Origin: the human T2T-CHM13v2.0 reference genome, Homo sapiens
Length of the DNA: 64,000 bases
Strand: one strand, 5' to 3'
NCBI RefSeq assembly: GCF_009914755.1
Contig: NC_060948.1
The position numbers and the translations under genes are program-made. Under the pieces are notes generated by a model that saw nothing but the letters and a program-made list of their open reading frames with translations, made no database searches and was not told where the DNA came from. Every line of letters starts with the position of its first letter. The first letter of the stretch is position 1. Shown here in pieces: positions 1-15,929 of this stretch.

Positions 1-1107
1 TATATATTATATATAATACGTTGTATGTATAATACCTATATTAAATATATATTATATGACTATGTTATTAATTACATGTCACATGTGTTATATATTATAT
101 ATTTTACATAGAATATACCGGTTACATACAATATATACTATGTTACCTATAATGCATAATTTATTACCTGTAAAATAAAGAATGAAATATATTATGTAAA
201 ATTTATAATATACCATATGTGGAATGTCATATATTTACATATAATATATGATATATGATATACAGTATATGATATATAACATACAATATATGATTCCTAA
301 TATATATGGTATACAATATATATTTTATGATATGTATTCTATATGTTTTATATTCTGTTATATATAACTATTTGAAATTATATATAACTGTATAATATTT
401 TATGTAAATATGTAATATAATATATATAACTATATAATATATTATATATAACTATATATTATGTTATATATACTTTTATAACATAATTTACATAAAATAT
501 CATAATATAATATATATTATATTATTTCATATTACATAATATATATTACATATCACCCAATATAACTAACATACATAATATTATAATATACATTATATTG
601 TGTTATATTAAATATCATATATATCATGTATCATATATTCTATAATATATATTACACACTATATAATATGTATGTTGTCTATTATGTGATATATATAACT
701 CTATATATAATTATATTTTTATACATATAACTAGATAAACATGTAATTCTACATATTTTCATTTATAATATGTAGAATTATATAATCATATATAATTATT
801 TATATGCTATAAAAAATTTTATCATTCTATAAATTATAATATATAAAAATTATAATATGTACTACAAATATATATATTATATATCATATATGATATAGTA
901 CCTTTGTTATATATCATAATACATATAAATGTGTATTATGTTATCTATAATTATATAATTTCATATATAAGATGTATAATATGTATCATATATTATATAT
1001 GTTATGTAATATATATAGTATATATAAGATGACACAGGATAAATATTATATACTATGACATATAAAATATATGAGGTTATATGTTACATATAAGGCATAG
1101 CACATAA

Positions 1108-1422
<315 letters not shown>

Positions 1423-1990
1423 AGATCCATATTTTTTAAATGAAAAAAAATTTCAAAGGTACTCTGCTTGGTACAATAATCAAATGTATAAACTGAGGAA
1501 TAAAACATAACCATGAAACCTACTTATAACTGCATATGGAAAATACAGAGGATAATTTTTTAAATAACATATTTTGAAAGCCTTAACTAGTAATTTGAAG
1601 AGTTGGCATTTGAAAGCCCAGTATGAATATACCTTCAAAGCAGCAACACAGGTTCCCCATGAGAAAAAGCAAACACAGGGAAAATAAAAACACAAAGGTT
1701 CAATCTCTTCTGACCTTTGAAAGACACAGCACAGACAGTGGTCCTTAGGACGAAGAGCAGGAGACCCCTAATTCCGTCACCATGGCGATAGGGCATAAAC
1801 ATTGCTGGGTGAGGGCACAATCCACATTGTGAGGTCCAACTGCTGCCAGGAAGACAGGAGTGCTTTTACATAGACCGAAAGGTCATTGAAGGCTCAGAGT
1901 TTTGTTTCAAGAACTGAATCCCAAGCCCACACGTTATTAGGCTGCGCTTCTTAAAACAAGTTATGAGATGGGAAAAAGGGCACCCACAAA
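1423..1990. repeat. HSATI-like complex segment of the DYZ2 unit (representative copy; follows every Alu)
   Basis: Non-Alu, higher-complexity ~570 bp block (agatccatattttt...gggcacccacaaa) repeated in all 26 units. The HSATI label comes from the known DYZ2 composition, not from an alignment I ran. Confidence 0.75.
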
Positions 1991-3842
<1,852 letters not shown>

Positions 3843-5971
3843 AGATCCATATTTTTTAAATGAAAAAAAATTTCAAAGGTACTCTGCTTGGTACAATAAT
3901 CAAATGTATAAACTGAGGAATAAAACATAACCATGAAACCTACTTATAACTGCATATGGAAAATAAAGAGGATAATTTTTTAAATAACATATTTTGAAAG
4001 CCTTAACTAGTAATTTGAAGAGTTGGCATTTGAAAGGCCAGTATGAATGTACCTTCAAAGCAGCAACACAGGTTCCCCATGAGAAAAAGCAAACACAGGG
4101 AAAATAAAAATCACAAAGGTTCAATCTCTTCTGACCTTTGAAAGACACAGCACAGACAGTGGTCCTTAGGACGAAGAGCAGGAGACCCCTAATTCCGTCA
4201 CCATGGCGATAGGGCATAAACATTGCTGGGTGAGGGCACAATCCACATTGTGAGGTCCAACTGCTGCCAGGAAGACAGGAGTGCTTTTACATAGACCGAA
4301 AGGTCATTGAAGGCTCAGAGTTTTGTTTCAAGAACTGAATCCCAAGCCCACACGTTATTAGGCTGCGCTTCTTAAAACAAGTTATGAGATGGGAAAAAGG
4401 GCACCCAGAAACATACGTATACATTATGTATATAATAATATACAGTATCATATATATAATATATATAACCTATGTATAATATTGTTTTACATCCTGCATC
4501 TTATGTTATATATATTGTATAAAATATAATAATTGATAATATATAAGTTTTATAATTATGCAATATGACATATAGTATATATTATAATTTATGACATACA
4601 TAATATATGTTATATGTCATATATAGAATATATTATACGGTTAATATACGTATTAAATATAAATTATACATTATAGATATTATATATAATATATCTGTTA
4701 TATATAATACCCATTATGCATAATATATATATTATGTCTATGTTATATATAGTATAAAACAACATATAATAATATATAATTGTGTATATAAAATGCGACA
4801 TATAATATATATTATATTTTATAACATATGAAATATATATTATATATTATATATAATACGTTGTATGTATAATACCTATATTAAATATATATTATATGAC
4901 TATGTTATTAATTACATGTCACATGTGTTATATATTATATATTTTACATAGAATATACCGGTTACATACAATATATACTATGTTACCTATAATGTATAAT
5001 TTATTACATGTAAAATAAAGAATGCAATATATTATGTATAATTTATAATATACAATATGAGGAATGTGATATATATAACATATAATATATGATATATGAT
5101 ATACAGTATATGATATATAACATACAATATATGATACCTAGTATATATGGTATACAATATATATTTTATGATATGTATTCTATATGTTTTATATTCTGTT
5201 ATATATAACTATTTGAAATTATATATAACTGTATAATATTTTATGTAAATATGTAATATAATATATATAACTATATAATATATTATATATAACTATATAT
5301 TATGTTATATATACTTTTATAACATAATTTACATAAAATATCATAATATAATATATATTATATTATTTCATATTACATAATATATATTACGTATCACCCA
5401 ATATAACTAACATACATAATATTATAATATAGATTATATTGTGTTATATTAAATATCATATATATCATGTATCATATATTCTATAATATATATTACACAT
5501 TATATAATATGTATGTTGTCTATTATGTGATATATATAACTATATATATAATTATATTTTTATACATATAACTAGATAAACATGTAATTCTACATATTTT
5601 CATTTATAATATGTAGAATTATATAATCATATATAATTATTTATATTCTATAAAAAATTTTATCATTCTATAAATTATAATATATAAAAATTATAATATG
5701 TACTACAAATATATCTATTATATATCATATATGATATAGTACCTTTGTTATATATCATAATACATATAAATGTGTATTATGTTATCTATAATTATATAAT
5801 TTCATATATAAGATGTATAATATGTATCATATATTATATATGTTATGTAATATATATAGTATATATAAGATGACACAGGATAAATATTATATACTATGAC
5901 ATATAAAATATATGAGGTTATATGTTACATATAAGGCATAGCACATAACATGTAATATATATCATATATAA

Positions 5972-6263
5972 TTTTTTTTTAGACAGAATCTTGTCCTGTT
6001 GCACAGGGTGGGGTACAATGGCGCCATCTTTGCTCACTGCAACTTCTGCCTCATGGGACCAAGCGATTGTCCTCCCTCAGCCTCCCAGGTAGCTGGGACT
6101 ACACCACACTGGGACTACACCAGCTGCCACCATGCCTAGCTAATTTTTTGGATTTTTAGTAGTGACAGCGTTTCACTGTATTGGCCAGGATGGTCTTGAT
6201 CTCTTCACCTTGTGATCCCCTTGCCTTGGCCTCCAAATTTGCTGGGATTACAGGCCTGAGCCA
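5972..6263 (-). mobile_element. Alu fragment, U3
   Basis: Near-identical to U1 Alu (variant tcatgggacc). Confidence 0.93.
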
Positions 6264-8361
6264 AGATCCATATTTTTTAAATGAAAAAAAATTTCAAAGG
6301 TACTCTGCTTGGTACAATAATCAAATGTATAAACTGAGGAATAAAACATAACCATGAAACCTACTTATAACTGCATATGGAAAATAAAGAGGATAATTTT
6401 TTAAATAACATATTTTGAAAGCCTTAACTAGTAATTTGAAGAGTTGGCATTTGAAAGGCCAGTATGAATATACCTTCAAAGCAGCAACACAGGTTCCCCA
6501 TGAGAAAAAGCAAACACAGGGAAAATAAAAACACAAAGGTTCAATCTCTTCTGACCTTTGAAAGACACAGCACAGACAGTGGTCCTTAGGACGAAGAGCA
6601 GGAGACCCCTAATTCCGTCACCATGGCGATAGGGCATAAACATTGCTGGGTGAGGGCACAATCCACATTGTGAGGTCCAACTGCTGCCAGGAAGACAGGA
6701 GTGCTTTTACATAGACCGAAAGGTCATTGAAGGCTCAGAGTTTTGTTTCAAGAACTGAATCCCAAGCCCACACGTTATTAGGCTGCGCTTCTTAAAACAA
6801 GTTATGAGATGGGAAAAAGGGCACCCACAAACATACGTATACATTATGTATATAATAATATACAGTGTCATATATATAATATATATAACCTATGTATAAT
6901 ATTGTTTTACATCCTGCATCTTATGTTATATATATTGTATAAAATATAATAATTGATAATATATAAGTTTTATAATTATACAATATGACATATAGTGTAT
7001 ATTATAATTTATGACATATATAATATATGTTTTATGTCATATATAGAATATATTATACGGTTAATATACGTATTAAATATAAATTATACATTATATATAT
7101 TATATATAATATATCTATTATATATAATACACATTATGCATAATATATATATTATGTCTATGTTATATATAGTATAAAACAACATATAATAATATATAAT
7201 TGTATATATAAAATGCGACATATAATATATATTATATTTTATAACATATGTAATATATATTATATATAATACGTTGTATGTATAATACCTATATTAAATA
7301 TATATTATATGACTATGTTATTAATTACATGTCACATGTGTTATATATTATATATTTTACATAGAATATACCGGTTACATACAATATATACTATGTTACC
7401 TATAATGTATAATTTATTACATGTAAAATAAAGAATGCAATATATTATGTATAATTTATAATATACAATATGTGGAATGTGATATATATAACATATAATA
7501 TATGATATATGATATACAGTATATGATATATAACATACAATATATGATTCCTAATATATATGATATACAATATATATTTTATGATATGTATTCTATATGT
7601 TTTATATTCTGTTATATATAACTATTTGAAATTATATATAACTGTATAATATTTTATGTAAATATGTAATATAATATATATAACTATATAATATATTATA
7701 TATAACTATATATTATGTTATATATACTTTTATAACATAATTTACATAAAATATCATAATATAATATATATTATATTATTTCATATTACATAATATATAT
7801 TACATATCACCCAATATAACTAACATACATAATATTATAATATAGATTATATTATGTTATATTAAATATCATATATATCATGTATCATATGTTCTATAAT
7901 ATATATTACACATTATATAATATGTATGTTGTCTATTATGTGATATATATAACTATATATATAATTATATTTTTATACATATAACTAGATAAACATGTAA
8001 TTCTACATATTTTCATTTATAATATGTAGAATTATATAATCATATATAATTATTTATATTCTATAAAAAATTTTATCATTATATAAATTATAATATATAA
8101 AAATTATAATATGTACTACAAATATATATATTATATATCATATATGGTATAGTACCTTTGTTATATATCATAATACATATAAATGTGTATGATGTTATCT
8201 ATAATTATATAATTTCATATATAAGATGTATAATATGTATCATATATTATATATGTTATGTAATATATATAGTATATATAAGATGACACAGGATAAATAT
8301 TATATACTATGACATATAAAATATATGAGGTTATATGTTACATATAAGGCATAGCACATAA

Positions 8362-8676
<315 letters not shown>

Positions 8677-10803
8677 AGATCCATATTTTTTAAATGAAAA
8701 AAAATTTCAAAGGTACTCTACTTGGTACAATAATCAAATGTATAAACTGAGGAATAAAACATAACCATGAAACCTACTTATAACTGCATATGGAAAATAC
8801 AGAGGATAATTTTTTAAATAACATATTTTGAAAGCCTTAACTAGTAATTTGAAGAGTTGGCATTTGAAAGGCCAGTATGAATATACCTTCAAAGCAGCAA
8901 CACAGGTTCCCCATGAGAAAGAGCAAACTCAGGGAAAATAAAACCACAAAGGTTCAAGCTCTTCTGACCTTTGAAAGACACAGCACAGACAGTGGTCCTT
9001 AGGACGAAGAGCAGGAGACCCCTAATTCCGTCACCATGGCGATAGGGCATAAACATTGCTGGGTGAGGGCACAATCCACATTGTGAGGTCCAACTGCTGC
9101 CAGGAAGACAGGAGTGCTTTTACATAGACCGAAATGTCATTGAAGGCTCAGAGTTTTGTTTCAAGAACTGAATCCCAAGCCCACACGTTATTAGGCTGCG
9201 CTTCTTAAAACAAGTTATGAGATGGGAAAAAGGGCACCCACAAACATACGTATACATTATGTATATAATAATATACAGTGTCATATATATAATATATATA
9301 ACCTATGTATAATATTGTTTTACATCCTGCATCTTATGTTATATATATTGTATAAAATATAATAATTGATAATATATAAGTTTTATAATTATACAATATG
9401 ACATATAGTATATATTATAATTTATGACATATATAATATATGTTTTATGTCATATATAGAATATATTATACGGTTAATATACGTATTAAATATAAATTAT
9501 ACATTATATATATTATATATAATATATCTGTTATATATAATACCCATTATGCATAATATGTATATTATGTCTATGTTATATATAGTATAAAACAACATAT
9601 AATAATATATAATTGTATATATAAAATGCGACATATAATATATATTATATTTTATGACATATGTAATATATATTATATATTATATATAATACGTTGTATG
9701 TATAATACCTATATTAAATATATATTATATGACTATGTTATTAATTACATGTCACATGTGTTATATATTATATATTTTACATAGAATATACCGGTTACGT
9801 ACAATATATACTATGTTACCTATAATGTATAATTGATTACATGTAAAATAAAGAATGCAATATATTATGTATAATTTATAATATACAATATGTGGAATGT
9901 GATATATATAACATATAATATATGATATATGATATACAGTATATGATATATATCTTACAATATATGATACCTAGGATATATGGTATACAACATATATTTT
10001 ATGATATGTATTCTATATGTTTTATATTCTGTTATATATAACTATTTGAAATTATATATAACTGTATAATATTTTATGTAAATATGTAATATAATATATA
10101 TAACTATATAATATGTTATATATAACTATATATTATGTAATATATACTTTTATATCATAATTTACATAAAATGACATAAAATAATATATATTATATTATT
10201 TCATATTACATAATATATATTACATATCACCCAATATAAGTAACATACATAATATTATAATATAGATTATATTATGTTATGTTAAATATCATATATATCA
10301 TGTATCATATATTCTATAATATATATTATACATTATATAATATGTATGTTGTCTATTATGTGATATATATAACTATATATTATTATATTATTATACATAT
10401 AACTAGATAAACATGTAATTCTACATATTTTCATTTATAATATATAGAATTCTATAATCATATATAATTATTCATATTCTATAAAAAATTATATCATTAT
10501 ATAAATTATAATATAAAAAAATTATAATATGTACTAAAAATATATATATTATATATCATATATGATATAGTACCTTTGTTATATATCACAATACATATAA
10601 ATGTGTATTATGTTATCTATAATTATATAATTTCATATATAAGATGTATAATATGTATTATATATTGTATATGTTATGTAATATATATAGTATATATAAG
10701 CTGACACAGGATAAATATTATATACTATGACATATAAAATATATGAGGTTATATGTTACATATAAGGCATAGCACATAACATGTAATATATATCATATAT
10801 ATA

Positions 10804-11093
10804 TTTTTTTAGACAGAGTCTTGTCGTGTTGCACAGGGTGGAGTACAATGGCGCCACCTTTGCTCACTGCAACATCTGCCTCACGGGTCCAAGCGATTGT
10901 CCTCCCTCAGCCTCCCAGGTAGCTGGGACTACACCACACTGGGAGTACACCAGCTGCCACCATGCCTAGCTAATTTTTTGGATTTTTAGTAGTGACAGCG
11001 TTTCACTGTATTGGCCAGGATGGTCTTGATCTCTTCACCTTGTGATCCCCTTGCCTTGGCCTCCAAATTTGCTGGGATTACAGGCCTGAGCCA
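10804..11093 (-). mobile_element. Alu fragment, U5 (subtype B, T7 tail)
   Basis: Alu with gagtcttgtcgtg and ggagtac variants. Confidence 0.93.
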
Positions 11094-13219
11094 AGATCCA
11101 TATTTTTTAAATGAAAAAAAATTTCAAAGGTACTCTGCTTGGTACAATAATCAAATGTATAAACTGAGGAATAAAACATAACCATGAAACCTACTTATAA
11201 CTGCATATGGAAAATACAGAGGATAATTTTTTAAATAACATATTTTGAAAGCCTTAACTAGTAATTTGAAGAGTTGGCATTTGAAAGGCCAGTATGAATA
11301 TACCTTCAAAGCAGCAACACAGGTTCCCCATGAGAAAGAGCAAACTCAGGGAAAATAAAAACACAAAGGTTCAATCTCTTCTGACCTTTGAAAGACACAG
11401 CACAGACAGTGGTCCTTAGGACGAAGAGCAGGAGACCCCTAATTCCGTCACCATGGCGATAGGGCATAAACATTGCTGGGTGAGGGCACAATCCACATTG
11501 TGAGGTCCAACTGCTGCCAGGAAGACAGGAGTGCTTTTACATAGACCGAAATGTCATTGAAGGCTCAGAGTTTTGTTTCAAGAACTGAATCCCAAGCCCA
11601 CACGTTATTAGGCTGCGCTTCTTAAAACAAGTTATGAGATGGGAAAAAGGGCACCCACAAACATACGTATACATTATGTATATAATAATATACAGTATCA
11701 TATATATAATATATATAACCTATGTATAATATTGTTTTACATCCTGCATCTTATATTATATATATTGTCTAAAATATAATAATTGATAATATATAAGTTT
11801 TATATTTATACAATATGACACATAGTATATATTATAATTTATGACATATATAATATATGTTATATATCATATATAGAATATATTATACGGTTAATATACG
11901 TATTAAATATAAATTATACATTATATATATTATATATAATATATCTGTTATATATAATACCCATTATGCATAATATGTATATTATGTCTATGTTATATAT
12001 AGTATAAAACAACATATAATAATATATAATTGTATATATAAAATGCGACATATAATATATATTATATTTTATGACATATGTAATATATATTATATATTAT
12101 ATATAATACGTTGTATGTATAATACCTATATTAAATATATATTATATGACTATGTTATTAATTACATGTCACATGTGTTATATATCATATATTTTATATA
12201 GAATATACCGGTTACATACAATATATACTATGTTACCTATAATGTATAATTGATTACATGTAAAATAAAGAATGCAATATATTATGTATAATTTATAATA
12301 TACAATATGTGGAATGTGATATATATAACATATAATATATGATATATGATATACAGTATATGATATATAACATACAATATATGATACCTAGTATATATGG
12401 TATACAATATATATTTTATGATATGTATTCTATATGTTTTATATTCTGTTATATATAACTATTTGAAATTATATATAACTGTATAATATTTTATGTAAAT
12501 ATGTAATATAATATATATAACTATATAATATATTATATATAACTATATATTATGTTATATATACTTTTATATCATAATTTACATAAAATGTCATAATATA
12601 ATATATATTATATTATTTCATATTACATAATATATATTACATATCACCCAATATAAGTAACATACATAATATTATAATATAGATTATATTATGTTATGTT
12701 AAATATCATATATATCATGTATCATATATTCTATAATATATATTATACATTATATAATATGTATGTTGTCTATTATGTGATATATATAACTATATATTAT
12801 TATATTATTATACATATAACTAGATAAACATGTAATTCTACATATTTTCATTTATAATATATAGAATTATATAATCATATATAATTATTTATATTCTATA
12901 AAAAATTATATCATTATATAAATTATAATATAAAAAAATTATAATATGTACTACAAATATATATATTATATATCATATATGATATAGTACCTTTGTTATA
13001 TATCATAATACATATAAATGTGTATTATGTTATCTATAATTATATAATTTCATATATAAGATGTATAATATGTATTATATATTGTATATGTTATGTAATA
13101 TATATAGTATGTATAAGCTGACACAGGATAAATATTATATACTATGACATATAAAATATATGAGGTTATATGTTACATATAAGGCATAGCACATAACATG
13201 TAATATATATCATATATAA

Positions 13220-13511
13220 TTTTTTTTTAGACAGAGTCTTGTCGTGTTGCACAGGGTGAAGTACAATGGCGCCATCTTTGCTCACTGCAACATCTGCCTC
13301 ACGGGTCCAAGCGATTGTCCTCACTCAACCTCTCAGGTAGCTGGGAGTACACCACACTGGGACTACACCAGCTGCCACCATGCCTAGCTAATTTTTTGGA
13401 TTTTTAGTAGTGACAGCCTTTCACTGTATTGGCCAGGATGGTCTTGATCTCTTCACCTTGTGATCCCCTTGCCTTGGCCTCCAAAATTGCTGGGATTACA
13501 GGCCTGAGCCA
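13220..13511 (-). mobile_element. Alu fragment, U6 (subtype B)
   Basis: Alu with gaagtac and tcactcaacctctcagg variants. Confidence 0.93.
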
Positions 13512-15637
13512 AGATCCATATTTTTTAAATGAAAAAAAATTTCAAAGGTACTCTGCTTGGTACAATAATCAAATGTATAAACTGAGGAATAAAACATAAC
13601 CATGAAACCTACTTATAACTGCATATGGAAAATACAGAGGATAATTTTTTAAATAACATATTTTGAAAGCCTTAACTAGTAATTTGAAGAGTTGGCATTT
13701 GAAAGGCCAGTATGAATATACCTTCAAAGCAGCAACACAGGTTCCCCATGAGAAACAGCAAACTCAGGGAAAATAAAACCACAAAGGTTCAAGCTCTTCT
13801 GACCTTTGAAAGACACAGCACAGACAGTGGTCCTTAGGACGAAGAGCAGGAGACCCCTAATTCCGTCACCATGGCGATAGGGCATAAACATTGCTGGGTG
13901 AGGGCACAATCCACATTGTGAGGTCCAACTGCTGCCAGGAAGACAGGAGTGCTTTTACATAGACCGAAAGGTCATTGAAGGCTCAGAGTTTTGTTTCAAG
14001 AACTGAATCCCAAGCCCACACTTTATTAGGCTGCGCTTCTTAAAACAAGTTATGAGATGGGAAAAAGGGCACCCACAAACATACGTATACATTATGTATA
14101 TAATAATATACAGTATCAAATATATAATATATATAACCTATGTATAATATTGTTTTACATCCTGCATCTTATATTATATATATTGTCTAAAATATAATAA
14201 TTGATAATATATAAGTTTTATATTTATACAATATGACATATAGTATATATTTTAATTTATGACATATATAATATATGTTATATATCATATATAGAATATA
14301 TTATACGGTTAATATACGTATTAAATATAAATTATACATTATATATATGATATATAATATATCTGTTATATATAATACCCATTATGCATAATATGTATAT
14401 TATGTCTATGTTATATATAGTATAAAACAACATATAATAATATATAATTGTATATATAAAATGCGACATATAATATATATTATATTTTATGACATATGTA
14501 ATATATATTATATATTATATATAATACGTTGTATGTATAATACCTATATTAAATATATATTATATGACTATGTTATTAATTACATGTCACATGTGTTATA
14601 TATCATATATTTTACATAGAATATACCGGTTACATACAATATATACTATGTTACCTATAATGTATAATTGATTACATGTAAAATAAAGAATGCAATATAT
14701 TATGTATAATTTATAATATACAATATGTGGAATGTGATATATATAACATATAATATATGATATATGATATACAGTATATGATATATAACATACAATATAT
14801 GATACCTAGTATATATGGTATACAATATATATTTTATGATATGTATTCTATATGTTTTATATTCTGTTATATATAACTATTTGAAATTATATATAACTGT
14901 ATAATATTTTATGTAAATATGTAATATAATATATATAACTATATAATATATTATATATAACTATATATTATGTTATATATACTTTTATATCATAATTTAC
15001 ATAAAATGTCATAATATAATATATATTATATTATTTCATATTACATAATATATATTACATATCACCCAATATAAGTAACATACATAATATTATAATATAG
15101 ATTATATTATGTTATGTTAGATATCATATATATCATGTATCATATATTCTATAATATATATTATACATTATATAATATGTATGTTGTCTATTATGTGATA
15201 TATATAACTATATATTATTATATTATTATACATATAACTAGATAAACATGTAATTCTACATATTTTCATTTATAATATATAGAATTATATAATCATATAT
15301 AATTATTTATATTCTATAAAAAATTATATCATTATATAAATTATAATATAAAAAAATTATAATATGTACTACAAATATATATATTATATATCATATATGA
15401 TATAGTACCTTTGTTATATATCATAATACATATAAATGTGTATTATGCTATCTATAATTATATAATTTCATATATAAGATGTATAATATGTATTATATAT
15501 TGTATATGTTATGTAATATATATAGTATATATAAGCTGACACAGGATAAATATTATATACTATGACATATAAAATATATGAGGTTATATGTTACATATAA
15601 GGCATAGCACATAACATGTAATATATATCATATATAA

Positions 15638-15929
15638 TTTTTTTTTAGACAGAATCTTGTCGTGTTGCACAGGGTGAAGTACAATGGCGCCATCTTTGCT
15701 CACTGCAACATCTGCCTCACGGGTCCAAGCGATTGTCCTCCCTCAACCTCTCAGGTAGCTGGGAGTACACCATACTGGGACTACACCAGCTGCCACCATG
15801 CCTAGCTAATTTTTTGGATTTTTCGTAGTGACAGCGTTTCACTGTATTGGCCAGGATGGTCTTGATCTCTTCACCTTGTGATCCCCTTGCCTTGGCCTCC
15901 AAATTTGCTGGGATTACAGGCCTGAGCCA
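15638..15929 (-). mobile_element. Alu fragment, U7 (subtype B)
   Basis: Alu with gaagtac and caacctctcagg variants. Confidence 0.93.

Noticed and set aside
72-90. Tandem ACATGT motifs resembling a p53 response element
   Set aside because: The flanks do not fit RRRCWWGYYY and the spacing between cores is wrong; such motifs are expected by chance in this composition.
1480-1820. Recurrent 61-aa (MCPHPAM...) and 71-aa (MCFYFPC...) minus-strand ORFs in each unit
   Set aside because: They are short, overlapping, with no recognisable domain and non-ATG starts. Their 'conservation' only reflects near-identical repeat units, and the 71-aa frame is broken by a stop in all subtype B units.
3900-4241. 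113-aa ORF in U2
   Set aside because: Created by a single extra T at ~4111 that fuses the two spurious frames; there is no coding evidence.
6995-7177. Y/I-rich plus-strand ORFs (also 31137-31361)
   Set aside because: Translations of (TA)-rich low-complexity DNA opened by single substitutions.
15717-15902. 61-aa ORF MEAKARGS...
   Set aside because: Lies wholly inside the U7 Alu and was opened by a private substitution (tttcgtag); it is an Alu translation artefact.
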